Shown in pieces: positions 54,572-64,000 of a DNA stretch of 64,000 nt (position 1 is its first letter; each line of letters starts with the position of its first letter). The position numbers and the translations under genes were made by a program. This DNA comes from Deinococcota bacterium (GTDB taxonomy: Bacteria > Deinococcota > Deinococci > Deinococcales > Thermaceae): contig JBGFRI010000004.1 of the NCBI GenBank assembly GCA_041695225.1, positions 32,001 through 96,000 on the forward strand, written 5' to 3'. The notes beneath the pieces were generated by a model. That model saw nothing but the letters and a program-made list of their open reading frames with translations, was not told the DNA's origin and made no database searches.

Positions 54572-55003
54572 TCAGGTGGCTCCGCTCCGAAGGTCGTCGA
54601 GCCACACCAAACCAGCAGGAGTCGGGCGGAAGCCCAATGGCAGGTAGAACCGTTCCATCAGCTCGAGGGAAGCATCCACGTGAACCCACTCGAGCTGGGG
54701 ATACTCTGCTGCGGCAGCCAGGGCCTCGCGCACCAGCGCTGTTCCAATCCCCCGGTGCCGGTACTCTTTGTGCACCGTGGGGTCCAGAAGAAACGCGTGA
54801 ACCCCTCCATCCCAGGCCAGGTTACAGTAGCCCACCAGCCGGTCGCCCTGGAATGCGCAGATCCAGAGCAGGCTGCGCCGTAGCACCTCCGAGTAGTCTG
54901 GGCGCTCGGCTTCCGGGACATCTGGCGCCAATAGCTCCCCCAGAGCCCTGCTGGAGAGCGGCGGCTTTCGTTCGTAGCGAATGGTCATCGGTTCGTTTGA
55001 CAC
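54572..55003 (-). CDS. GNAT acetyltransferase
   Basis: V..EYRHRGIGTALV, FY..LGF. Confidence 0.88.
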   Translation of the reverse strand: MSNEPMTIRYERKPPLSSRALGELLAPDVPEAERPDYSEVLRRSLLWICAFQGDRLVGYCNLAWDGGVHAFLLDPTVHKEYRHRGIGTALVREALAAAAEYPQLEWVHVDASLELMERFYLPLGFRPTPAGLVWLDDLRSGAT

Positions 55004-55005
55004 GG

Positions 55006-55530
55006 TTAGTCAACAACGCTCTCAGGCTTGAACTCTCCGAATAGGCGGGTGATCAGCAGGTCGAGATCGGGAATCTCCTCGAACCTGGCTCGAGGAATGA
55101 CGCGCTGATTGGGCCGCTCTTTTTTTACCCCTTTTGCGTTCCCGCGAGTGTGCTTTGCTACTCTAAATGACGCTATCTCGTCGATAGGGGCGCCGGGCGC
55201 ATTACCAAACCACAGGAATGGGCCAATCTTCATCGTCTCTGGGTCGAAGCGGACCCAAATTACGCACGCGCTTGGTTTGGTAGAAAGCTTAAGGCTGACT
55301 TTCACTTGCTTTGTAGCAGCCTCGTCAAAGGACGATTTGAGTTGAATGTGGCGTACAAAGCCGTTTGCTTCGAGCACCAGGTCGTAGCCACTGTCTTCGA
55401 CCTGGGGCTTTAAGACCTCGAACTGCACGATACCCCGAATCCACAGGCATTTCATTATCTCGCCGACCAAGAGATGCTCAATCAGCATCTCACGATACGA
55501 GGAATGTAGCGTGTGTTGATTCGATGTCAC
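55006..55530 (-). CDS. Hypothetical protein with PD-(D/E)xK-like nuclease motif (start uncertain)
   Basis: E..IEH..DSGYDLVLE..RHIQLKSS; lower GC. Confidence 0.6.
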   Translation of the reverse strand: MTSNQHTLHSSYREMLIEHLLVGEIMKCLWIRGIVQFEVLKPQVEDSGYDLVLEANGFVRHIQLKSSFDEAATKQVKVSLKLSTKPSACVIWVRFDPETMKIGPFLWFGNAPGAPIDEIASFRVAKHTRGNAKGVKKERPNQRVIPRARFEEIPDLDLLITRLFGEFKPESVVD

Positions 55531-55588
55531 GGCAGCGCGTGGCTCCATACAAGGGTTAGGCCGCGAATGAAGTGGCAAACCTTCTCCA

Positions 55589-56341
55589 TCAATGTCCAAA
55601 GAGCCAACCTCCATTCACGTTCAGCACTTCTCCGGTGATAAAAGAAGCCTCGGGAGATGCCAAGAAGAGAACGCTTGCCGCCACATCACTGGCCTGGCCG
55701 GCCCGCCCGACTGGTGTTTGAGCAATAATGCCCTTGACGCGCTCCTCAGGCCATTGCCCGGTAAACTCGGTATCTGCAATAAAGCCGGGAGCAATGGCAT
55801 TCACCGTAATGCCCTGCGGGCTCAGTTCTCTTGCGAGAGCATAGGTCATCCCTAGCAGGCCCGATTTGGCGGCGGCGTAGCCAATGGCCCCAGGCCGACT
55901 CCCGCCAGTAAACGCCGCAATTGAACTGATATTGATAATCCGCCCGCCAGGGCGCGGCAAATGCGGTGCGATGGCGATGAACATAAGAAATGCGCCTTTG
56001 AGGTTTGTCCCAATTTCATCGTCCCAGACTTGTTCGGCCTGGTCGAGGGGCATGTTGGTGGTAATGCCGCGCACAAAGCCCGCGTTATTGACCAATACAT
56101 CGATCTGGCCAAACTGGTCCACAATAGCCTTCACTGCCGCTGCAACTTGATTGCGCTGGCTCACGTCTGCTTGTTGCCAGTTGCAGTTCGGGCCCACCTC
56201 CTGAGCAACCGCTTGCAGTGCCTCACTCCTACGCCCAACGATTACGACCTGGGCCTGATTTCTGGCAAAGCTGACTGCAATAGCTTTGCCAATGCCGGTG
56301 CCTCCACCTGTGATAACAACGACGCGGCTTTGGAAACTCAT
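55589..56341 (-). CDS. SDR family oxidoreductase (FabG-like)
   Basis: TGGGTGIG, NNAG, YAAAK, NAIAPG. Confidence 0.95.
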   Translation of the reverse strand: MSFQSRVVVITGGGTGIGKAIAVSFARNQAQVVIVGRRSEALQAVAQEVGPNCNWQQADVSQRNQVAAAVKAIVDQFGQIDVLVNNAGFVRGITTNMPLDQAEQVWDDEIGTNLKGAFLMFIAIAPHLPRPGGRIINISSIAAFTGGSRPGAIGYAAAKSGLLGMTYALARELSPQGITVNAIAPGFIADTEFTGQWPEERVKGIIAQTPVGRAGQASDVAASVLFLASPEASFITGEVLNVNGGWLFGH

Positions 56342-56512
56342 AGCGCTTTCAGTGTATCTCCCTTTGGATAGGGTCTCGGGTGTTAGAATTCGACAAGCGG
56401 GCTAACTCCTGTTCAAACCACAACTTGCGGGATATCGTCCTGCTTGGGTAGATAAGTCTCAGTGTCAAGGGCCGATATACCGAGAAAGTAGTTCATTGGG
56501 TCCTCGCTAATT

Positions 56513-56915
56513 TTACACCAGATTCAAGATTCCAGCCCTGCCGCGGGCAAGCCAGAGTGAAGGCCCACTACCGCGGGCCTGAACCGCGTAGCACCTCGAC
56601 GGCTTTGCGCCCAAAGGCTCGAGGCCCGGATCCGAGGCAGTGGCCTTCTCGCCAATTCCCGTAGTGTGACGAAAGTGGTGTCTTCCAGCCCCGTTCATGC
56701 TCGGTGTTAGGCTCGAGCTACAAGTGCCGGAAGTAGGAAATGACGTTTTAGGGGTCTTGTAGTCTGCGCCCTGATTGCCGCCAGTTCCTTGCGCATAGCC
56801 TTCAGGCCAGGCCCGGCGCAGGGAAGCCAGCCGAGACCACCCGCTCCGGAGACGGCCTTCGAGAGGGCGCTGCCCTGCACGCCCACCAAAGGGCCTGAAG
56901 CATTGGGAGACCTAT
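56513..56915 (-). pseudogene. Fragments of a nitronate monooxygenase gene
   Basis: GVQGSAL..AVS.AGGLG.LPCA..MRKELAAIRAQT.RP. Confidence 0.65.
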
Positions 56916-57128
56916 TCCCAGGGATTGCGCAGAATCATTGTTTGGGTACCCTGGTTGCACTCGATCTTATCTGGGGACAGGCAGTAGCCCAACCAGGCAG
57001 ATGGTTTCAATCTCTGGCTTTCGTGCTGGTTGCTCTTGTCTAGCTCGAGCCCTGTGCAGGTAGCCCAGCTTTTGCACATCAAGCCTTTGCTTATTGGAGT
57101 AACGCAGTTTTGGGTTAAACTTGAGTAC

Positions 57129-58955
57129 ATGAAGCAAAAGCGAATCCCCCTGGAAGAACTGGCCCAACTACCCAGCTTTGCCGCGGTAACACCCAGTTGG
57201 GACGGCCAGAAAATTGCATTCTATTGGGATAAAACCGGGCGTTACGAACTCTACGTCATGGATTTACAAAGCCGCGAGGTGCGCAAACTGACCGATGGCC
57301 AGGCCCCTCGCCAACTGCGAGCAGGTTTTGTCTGGACGCGCGACGATAGCGAGATAGTCTTCGCCAAAGACAAAGACGGCGACGAGCAAAACAACCTGTT
57401 CAGGCTGGATTTGAACACGTCAATGGTGGTGCAACTGGACGACAGCCCCAAAACCCAGGAATACGCCGGCGAGGTGCACCCCGACAACACCCGCATGGCG
57501 GTGATGTCTAACCGGGCCGGACAGATGAATGTCTTCACCCTCAGCCTGCAACACCAGGTTCAGGAGTGGAGACAGCTTACCCATTTCAAGGCTCCGGCCT
57601 TTGCAGTTGGCTGGAGCCCCGACGGGAAGTGGCTGGCCTTCGTTTCCAACGAGTCGCCCGAGCTGAAGAACCAGGACAGCTATCTGGTGCGCGACGACGG
57701 CTCGGAGATACGCAAAGTCCTTTCACTGAAGGAAGGCTCACAAGATCAGGTAACCGACTGGCACCCCGATGGCAATCGGCTGGCCTTCACCTCCGATGTT
57801 TCGGGCAGCAACCGGGCCGGAGTTCTGCACCTGGATAGCGGCGAGATTCGCTGGCAGAGCCCAGAGCAGAGCGATACCGAGGAGTACGCAACCAGCTTCT
57901 CCAAGAGCGGAGACTGGCTGGCGGTGATCCGCAACCGCCATGCGGCCATCCTGCCAGTGCTCTACCACCTGGAAACCGGACGGGCCCGAGAACTTAAGCT
58001 GCCGGAGGGGATTGCCGCCGGCGCCCATTTTGTCCTGGGTGATCGCAAGCTGCTGGTGCTGCATACCTCGGCCACCCGCCGCCCCGAGCTGCTTTTGTAC
58101 GACCTCGCCAGCGATACCTATGAGGTGCTGCTGGAGGCCGAGTACGGCTCGATTGACCCCGGTGTATTTGTGGAAGACCAGCACATCTGGTACGAAAGCT
58201 ACGATGGACGCAGGGTTCCGGCGCTCCTCTACCAGCCCAAGCATATCGCACCCGGCAGCAGGCTGCCCGCAGTGGTAATAGTCCACGGCGGCCCCACTGC
58301 ACAGTTTTTCCGGGGCTTCGACCCGTTTGCGCAGTTTCTGGTTGACCAGGGCTATGTGGTTTTGCAGCCCAATATCCGGGGCTCCACCGGCTATGGGGTG
58401 GAGTGGCGCGACCTCAACCTCAAAGACTGGGGCGGGGCCGACCTGGAAGATGTGGTGGCAGGGGCCAACTACCTCAAAGCCCTACCCTATGTAGACCCTG
58501 GGCGCGTAGGTGTTTTTGGGGGCTCGTTTGGGGGTTTCATGACCTTTATGGCGGTCACCAAAAAGCCAGATGTCTTCAAAGTAGGCGTGCCCTGGGTGGG
58601 CATCACCGATCTGCACAGGCTCTATGAGGAAGACATGGAACACTTCAAGTACTATTTCCGCCAGCAGATGGGCGACCCCGAGAAGGATTACGCCCTGTGG
58701 CGCGACCGTAGCGCGATTGAGTATGCTCACCAACTCCAGGCCCCCATCATGATTGTGCACGGGGTCAACGACCCGCGCTGCCCCATCAGCCAGGCCCGGA
58801 TTTTCCGCGACAGGCTGCTGCAACTGGGCAAGCGGGAAGGGGAGGAGTTCGAGTATCACGAGTTTGGCGATGAAGGGCACGGGCCCGGTGGGGACATCCA
58901 GGGCAAGATTCGCACCTACAAGCTGCTGGCGGACTTTTTGGAGCGCCGGTTGTAG
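57129..58955 (+). CDS. S9 family acylaminoacyl peptidase
   Basis: Beta-propeller repeats, VHGGP, RGSTGYG, GGSFGG, HG.ND.R, DEGHG. Confidence 0.95.
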   Translation: MKQKRIPLEELAQLPSFAAVTPSWDGQKIAFYWDKTGRYELYVMDLQSREVRKLTDGQAPRQLRAGFVWTRDDSEIVFAKDKDGDEQNNLFRLDLNTSMVVQLDDSPKTQEYAGEVHPDNTRMAVMSNRAGQMNVFTLSLQHQVQEWRQLTHFKAPAFAVGWSPDGKWLAFVSNESPELKNQDSYLVRDDGSEIRKVLSLKEGSQDQVTDWHPDGNRLAFTSDVSGSNRAGVLHLDSGEIRWQSPEQSDTEEYATSFSKSGDWLAVIRNRHAAILPVLYHLETGRARELKLPEGIAAGAHFVLGDRKLLVLHTSATRRPELLLYDLASDTYEVLLEAEYGSIDPGVFVEDQHIWYESYDGRRVPALLYQPKHIAPGSRLPAVVIVHGGPTAQFFRGFDPFAQFLVDQGYVVLQPNIRGSTGYGVEWRDLNLKDWGGADLEDVVAGANYLKALPYVDPGRVGVFGGSFGGFMTFMAVTKKPDVFKVGVPWVGITDLHRLYEEDMEHFKYYFRQQMGDPEKDYALWRDRSAIEYAHQLQAPIMIVHGVNDPRCPISQARIFRDRLLQLGKREGEEFEYHEFGDEGHGPGGDIQGKIRTYKLLADFLERRL

Positions 58956-59320
58956 TGGGCGGATCGGCATTATGCGCTGACTTAGACCTTTGAACATGTT
59001 GGAGCAGCTGACCTGGCCCAACCGTTGGCTCTGCCAGCAACCACAAATCTCGCTTACCACGGCTCTGCACCCTCTGCCCCCTCGTCAAACGCCACCCTCC
59101 CGGCCAGGCTGGGAGAGGGAGGCTGGTCAGGCTGAAACAGCGCCTCGAGCAGCGTCTGCTCAAGCAGGACCTGCTACCTGGGATGGCTTTGCGGCGCGGC
59201 CGCCAGGGTGCCCGATAGATTCACTTTTAGCCGCCGACAAAAGCGCTCCCAGGCGCTTGACGCCTAGATCGGGCCGCCCCGCCTCGGTGCGTACTTCCAG
59301 CTCAGCCGGGGCCTCGAGGA

Positions 59321-59645
59321 CTACCAAGAAACTCCCTTCCTTTTCGTCGCCACAGGTGCATGCAGCTCATAGAAAACTCCCTTGCTACGGGGCTCTTTCA
59401 ACCCCCCTTACTAAGGGCTTTTTTCAAGCCCCCCTTACTAAGGGGGGTTGGGGGGATTTGGAGAGTGGGTACGGTGATTTATAGAGCCTGCGAAATCGCT
59501 GCAAATGTACCCTGGAACAATCCCCCCGGCTCGCTGACGCTCGCCACCCCCCTTGTTAAGGGGGGCATCCCCGACTAGCTAAAACCTGCCAAGAAACTCC
59601 GTTCTGTTTCGTCAGCATGGATGCGCGCAGCTTATGGAAAACTTA
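59321..59645. repeat. Family C palindromic elements (CCCCCTT..AAGGGGG)
   Basis: Matches 35281-35408; internal partial duplication. Confidence 0.85.
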
Positions 59646-59823
59646 TTCCTGCAAGTTCTTGATCATGGGGCCATACTGGGCCTGGGGTTGTCTGAGGCGG
59701 CCCGGGCAGAGTCGAGTGGTTCCCGCTAGCCAGTTGGCACATCTGTGACAGGCAGCACTTCGCGAATGCAGTGCGTGGAGCCTGATTCAACCTTTCGGGC
59801 GCCGCAGCAGAGCCTGGTGTGGC

Positions 59824-60837
59824 CTAAGGGGAAGTGGGGGCCTGGTCAATTCGCCAAAGCCGGCCGCTCGAGGTCTCCAGCACCGGCGGGAGGTCGGTCA
59901 GCAGGATCTCCCGCCAGTCTCTGAGGTCGAAGCTAGTGAGGCGGAGCTGTACCCGCGCCAGATCGATGTCCAGTACCGTCACAGATGGGCGCGCCACGGC
60001 TTGGCCGAGCAGGCGGCGAGGGCTAACTGCCGCGCCAGCGTGGAGCAGGGTCAGCCCTGCCCGGCGCGCTGGGTAGTAGGCGTGGTGGTGGCCGCTCAGG
60101 TAGATATCTACGCCGCGCTCTTTAAGCCACTGCCCCAGCCGCTCGCCCTGGGCCAGGACCTCGCCGGGCTGGTCGCGCCCTTCCGCGACGCCAAACAGAG
60201 GCAGGTGGCCCATGACCAGGCGCAGGCTGGCCTGTCGAGCGGCCTCGCTTTGTAACTCCCGCTCGGCCCGGGCCAGGGTGTTGGGCAGTAGCTCTGCACT
60301 CGAGGCATCCCAGACCAGTACGAAAAGGGGCCCCAGGGTGAAAGTGTAGTGAAAGGGAAAATCGCCACGGGTGTGAAAGGCCAGCGCAGGAGGGTGCTGC
60401 TGCCAGTAGGCGGCCGCAGCCTGGCGCTCGCGGGCAAAGGCAAAGGTGCCGTTGCGCAGCCGCAGGCTCGAGCCATCGTGGTTGCCGATGGTCGGGGCGT
60501 AGGGGATGCCCGCCGCGCGCAAGGGTCTGGCAATATCGCGCTCGAACGCAGCCCACATCTCGCCAAAGCGTATGTCCGGCAGCTGGCGGCTCTGGCCCGC
60601 TACCAGGTCGCCAGGCAGCAGCACCAGGTCGGGCCGCCAGAGGGTGGCGATGTAGCCAACCACCCGCACCACCCTGGGCGCATACTCGGTAGAACCGAAG
60701 CTGCCGTTAATGTCGCCCAGGATTACCAGGCGCAGGTCGCCCCGCGCGGGGTTGCTCGGCTGCGCCAGGGCCAGGCCGCAGAGCAGCAGCGGCATAATAA
60801 GGAGTGACTGGTAACGGGCAATGGGAGATCTGTCCAT
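59824..60837 (-). CDS. Secreted calcineurin-like metallophosphoesterase
   Basis: Signal peptide ALA-Q, GD, GNHD, GHHH. Confidence 0.9.
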   Translation of the reverse strand: MDRSPIARYQSLLIMPLLLCGLALAQPSNPARGDLRLVILGDINGSFGSTEYAPRVVRVVGYIATLWRPDLVLLPGDLVAGQSRQLPDIRFGEMWAAFERDIARPLRAAGIPYAPTIGNHDGSSLRLRNGTFAFARERQAAAAYWQQHPPALAFHTRGDFPFHYTFTLGPLFVLVWDASSAELLPNTLARAERELQSEAARQASLRLVMGHLPLFGVAEGRDQPGEVLAQGERLGQWLKERGVDIYLSGHHHAYYPARRAGLTLLHAGAAVSPRRLLGQAVARPSVTVLDIDLARVQLRLTSFDLRDWREILLTDLPPVLETSSGRLWRIDQAPTSP

Positions 60838-60859
60838 ATACGCCTATGCGATGGGCCAA

Positions 60860-61215
60860 GACCCTGACCCTGCGCCTCAAATTAGCATCTTCTTTGACAG
60901 GTGCTTTTGTGAAGCATCAGGCCAAATGCCTGAGTTTCACCTGGCAGCCGAGATCATTGAGCTGCCGGACCAGGCGGTTGATGGCCTTCGACCTGTTCAG
61001 CCGGTCGAAGCGACCGCGGCCCAGGTTCTTATGTGCAACGGGTTCAGAGCACCCGGACCAAACCGACCCAGGCTCCGACGTCACGCCGGTGTACACCCGG
61101 TACCCTGCTTCATGCTCCTGGGCTCTCAGGACAGATGGACAACTCTTGAGCGTCTGAGCCAGCTCAGATGGAGGAAGTCTGTAAATCTGGCATCGGCCGT
61201 TACAACATAATCGAA
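60860..61215 (-). mobile_element. Internally deleted IS110-family remnant (boundaries approximate)
   Basis: AGGAG + degenerate N-terminus (M.EAGYRVYTGV/DV) joined to C-terminus HKNLG..FDR.NR..AINRLVRQLNDLGCQVKL. Confidence 0.6.
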
Positions 61216-61258
61216 AAACCCTGCTTGTACGCTGTCTATCAAAGAACACGAACACATC

Positions 61259-61287
61259 TTGACAGCAGATTTAGGACCGACTAAACT
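61259..61287 (+). promoter_or_regulatory. Promoter with overlapping DtxR/MntR-type operator
   Basis: TTGACA-17-TAAACT; palindrome TTTAG-GACCGA-CTAAA at 61270-61285. Confidence 0.8.
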
Positions 61288-61309
61288 TCTTGTTGGCAAA
61301 GGAGTAGGC

Positions 61310-62053
61310 GTGGCTAAATCCTGGGAGGGAAACTCGAGCAGCAGATCCAGCCCCCTTTCTGAAGCGCAGGAAGACTACCTCAAGCAGGTGCTTCTGCTAG
61401 GGAGCGGTGGTGAGGGAATGGGTAGACTGCAAGACACCACTGTTGTTTCTACCCAGGAGCTGGCCAACCGGATGCAGGTTAAGCCAGCCTCGGTAACGGG
61501 GATGCTGAAAAAGCTCTCCGAGCTCGGGCTGGTAGAGTACGAGGCCTACCGCGGTGTACGACTGACCGAGGCCGGGTACAAGGTGGCCCTGGAGGTGCTG
61601 CGCCACCACCGGCTGATCGAGGCCTATCTGCATCAGGCCCTGGGCTACGGCTGGGAAGAGGTGCACGCCGAGGCAGAAAAGCTCGAGCACCACATCTCCG
61701 AAGCCTTCGAGCAGCGCATTGCCCAGTGGCTGGGCCACCCCTCGCACGACCCCCACGGCGACGCAATACCTAGCGCAAGCCTCGAGCTGCCCCAGACCAA
61801 CGCCAACCGCCGCTTGTCGGCCCTGAAAACTGGCGAGTCTGGCATGGTGGCGCGGGTCGCGACCCAGGACCAGGACTCGCTAAACCTCTTTGCTCATCTG
61901 GGCCTCAAACCGAGCGCCCAGGTCAAAGTGCTCGAACACCTGCCCCAGGGAAGCCGGGTCTTGATAGGCAATGAACGCTACCTGCTCCCGGTTAGCCTGG
62001 CACAGGTCTTATGGATCAGTCTGGAAGGAGATCAGCAAGATGAAAAGGTTTAG
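61310..62053 (+). CDS. mntR: DtxR/MntR family metal-dependent repressor
   Basis: EDYLK, SVTGMLKKL, RHHRLIE, EAEKLEHHIS, DPHGD.IP, FeoA-like tail. Confidence 0.92.
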   Translation: MAKSWEGNSSSRSSPLSEAQEDYLKQVLLLGSGGEGMGRLQDTTVVSTQELANRMQVKPASVTGMLKKLSELGLVEYEAYRGVRLTEAGYKVALEVLRHHRLIEAYLHQALGYGWEEVHAEAEKLEHHISEAFEQRIAQWLGHPSHDPHGDAIPSASLELPQTNANRRLSALKTGESGMVARVATQDQDSLNLFAHLGLKPSAQVKVLEHLPQGSRVLIGNERYLLPVSLAQVLWISLEGDQQDEKV

Positions 62054-62990
62054 CCAAACAAAATCTTTGCTCGTGGGTTGCATTGTGCTGGCTTTGGGCT
62101 TTTTAGCCCCGGCCGCCGCCCAGCAGCCCGACAAAATTGCCCAGCTTCAGCCGGTGCGCGAGACCCCGGTCCGGGTGGTGACCACGGTCAACTTTATCAC
62201 TGACTTGGTACAGCAAGTCGGCGGTAACCGGGTTCGGGTGGAAGGCCTGATGGGCGCGGGAGTAGACCCCCACCTCTACAGGCCTTCGGCCGGAGATGTG
62301 CGCAGGCTGCAGCAAGCCCACCTGATCATTTATAACGGTCTGCACCTGGAAGGCAAAATGATGGAGATACTGGGGCGCATGCCCAACGCCATTGCCGTAG
62401 CCGACGCCATCCCGCGTGACCGCCTGATCAGGACTCCAGAGGGCGAGTACGACCCCCACATCTGGTTCGACCCCACCCTCTGGCAGCTGGCAGTCAACCG
62501 GGTGCGCGATGCCCTGAGCAGGGTAGACCCAGCCGGGGCCAGCCTCTACCGCGCCAACGCCGAGGCTTATAACCGCCGTCTGGACCAGCTCGATGCCTTC
62601 ATTCGCCAGCAGATTGCCCAGGTTCCCCGTGAGCAGCGGGTGATAATTACCGCCCACGACGCCTTTGAATACCTGGGGCGGCGCTACGGCATAGAGGTGC
62701 GCGGAATCCAGGGTATCTCCACGGTGGCCGAGGCTGGGGTTCGCGATATCCAGGAGGTAGCAGATTTTGTAGTTCAGAGGCGAATTCGGGCAATTTTTGT
62801 AGAGGCCACCGTACCCCGGCGGAACATTGATGCGGTGATCGCTGCGGCGCGGGCCCAGGGGTGGAGGGTCTCGGTGGGCGGAGAGCTTTTCTCCGATGCC
62901 GCTGGTGAGCCCGGCACCCCAACCGGAACCTATGTGGGAATGATGGAACATAACATCCGTACCATTGTGCACGGTCTGTTGGGAAGGTAG
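62040..62990 (+). CDS. Mn/Zn ABC transporter substrate-binding protein (TroA/MntA)
   Basis: GVDPHLY, DPHIWFD, HDAF.Y, GGELFSD. Confidence 0.95.
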   Translation: MKRFSQTKSLLVGCIVLALGFLAPAAAQQPDKIAQLQPVRETPVRVVTTVNFITDLVQQVGGNRVRVEGLMGAGVDPHLYRPSAGDVRRLQQAHLIIYNGLHLEGKMMEILGRMPNAIAVADAIPRDRLIRTPEGEYDPHIWFDPTLWQLAVNRVRDALSRVDPAGASLYRANAEAYNRRLDQLDAFIRQQIAQVPREQRVIITAHDAFEYLGRRYGIEVRGIQGISTVAEAGVRDIQEVADFVVQRRIRAIFVEATVPRRNIDAVIAAARAQGWRVSVGGELFSDAAGEPGTPTGTYVGMMEHNIRTIVHGLLGR

Positions 62991-62993
62991 CCT

Positions 62994-63764
62994 ATGATAG
63001 AAACCACCCCGGTCCAGCCTGCCATCGGGCGCCCGCCAGCAATGGCCCTCGAGATTCGCGACCTGACCGTGGTCTACCGCGAGCGACCGGTGCTGTGGGA
63101 CGTGGACTTGCAGGTGCCGGCTGGGCAGCTCTGCGCCATTGTAGGCCCCAACGGGGCAGGTAAGACCACCCTGATTAAAGCTGCCCTGGGGCTGGTGAAC
63201 AAAGCCTCGGGCCAGGTCAGGTTCTTTGGCCGGGACCTGGCCTCGGCCCGTGCCCAGATTGGCTACGTGCCCCAGCGAGGCACGGTAGACTGGGACTTTC
63301 CCACCAGCGTGCTGGACGTGGTGATGATGGGGCTGTACGGCCGGCTGGGCTGGTTCAGGCGGCCCGGGCGGCTTCAGCGCGAGGCAGCCCTGCGCTGCTT
63401 GGAGCAGGTCTCCATGACCGAGTTTGCCCACCGGCAGATCTCGCAGCTTTCCGGCGGGCAGCAGCAGCGGGTCTTTCTAGCCCGTGCGCTGGCCCAGAGT
63501 TCCGATCTGTACTTCATGGACGAACCTTTTGCCGGGGTGGATGTGGTTACCGAGGAGGCCATTCTCAAGGTACTGCACGAACTAAAGCAGCGGGGCAAAA
63601 CGGTGCTGGTGGTACACCACGACCTCGAGACGGTGCGGCACTACTTCGACCACCTTACCCTGCTCAACGTCCAGGTAATTGCAAGCGGCCCCATCGAGCA
63701 AACCTTTACCCCAGAAAACCTCAAGGCCACTTACGGCGAAAGGCTGGTGGTGCATCAGATATGA
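62994..63764 (+). CDS. Mn/Zn ABC transporter ATPase (TroB/MntB)
   Basis: [24 protein letters not shown]. Confidence 0.96.
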   Translation: MIETTPVQPAIGRPPAMALEIRDLTVVYRERPVLWDVDLQVPAGQLCAIVGPNGAGKTTLIKAALGLVNKASGQVRFFGRDLASARAQIGYVPQRGTVDWDFPTSVLDVVMMGLYGRLGWFRRPGRLQREAALRCLEQVSMTEFAHRQISQLSGGQQQRVFLARALAQSSDLYFMDEPFAGVDVVTEEAILKVLHELKQRGKTVLVVHHDLETVRHYFDHLTLLNVQVIASGPIEQTFTPENLKATYGERLVVHQI

Positions 63765-64000
63765 GGAACTGGCTAAAGCAATTGCGCGACCGCCCGGGCA
63801 GCACTCAGGCGCTCAGACTGGGCGGTAAGCTGCTGCTATTACAGATCATTATCGAGATACCCTTTTTAATCCTCGAGGCCGGTCTTTTGTTCGGGGCACT
63901 CGCGGGTGGCGGGCTGGCCTTGTGGAAAAGCGCGCTTTTGGTCGCAGTGGTTTATCTGCTAATTGAATCGGGGTTCTGGCTGCTGCAACGCTGGCGTGGC
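63761..64000 (+). CDS. Membrane protein, 5' part (runs off the window)
   Basis: ATGA overlap with the ATPase stop; open hydrophobic frame [23 protein letters not shown]. Confidence 0.55.
   Translation, partial: MRNWLKQLRDRPGSTQALRLGGKLLLLQIIIEIPFLILEAGLLFGALAGGGLALWKSALLVAVVYLLIESGFWLLQRWRG

Noticed and set aside
62103..63431. 442-aa minus-strand ORF
   Set aside because: Antisense to the well-supported ABC transporter genes

Overview
GC-rich bacterial chromosome segment that I infer comes from a Meiothermus-like member of Deinococcus-Thermus (Thermus-type orthologues, many apparent leaderless TANNNT-N6-start genes). The backbone carries cysS, ychF, surE, ndk, a SurA/PrsA-like PPIase, tRNA-Arg(CCG), nfi, uvrB, amtB-glnK, hrcA, a moaD-moaE fusion, putB-pruA and an mntR-mntAB-type operon. 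Accessory DNA includes: (i) a ~10.5 kb minus-strand defence island (PLD-SNF2 helicase, N6-adenine MTase with a low-GC swapped TRD, a DUF3800-like RNase H-fold gene followed by a candidate small structured RNA, orphan HicB, AlbA/Schlafen ATPase-like protein, stand-alone DprA-like Rossmann protein); (ii) an orphan M.PaeR7I/XhoI-like MTase whose predicted site CTCGAG looks strongly over-represented; (iii) a toxin-antitoxin module that looks like an integron gene cassette with an attC site, plus further degraded cassette ends, with no integrase in the window; (iv) an internally deleted IS110; (v) several families of palindromic miniature elements, some inserted into genes. Exported proteins are strikingly Lys-poor and Arg-rich, which suggests alkaline adaptation. 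All family calls come from motif recognition only; no searches were run.
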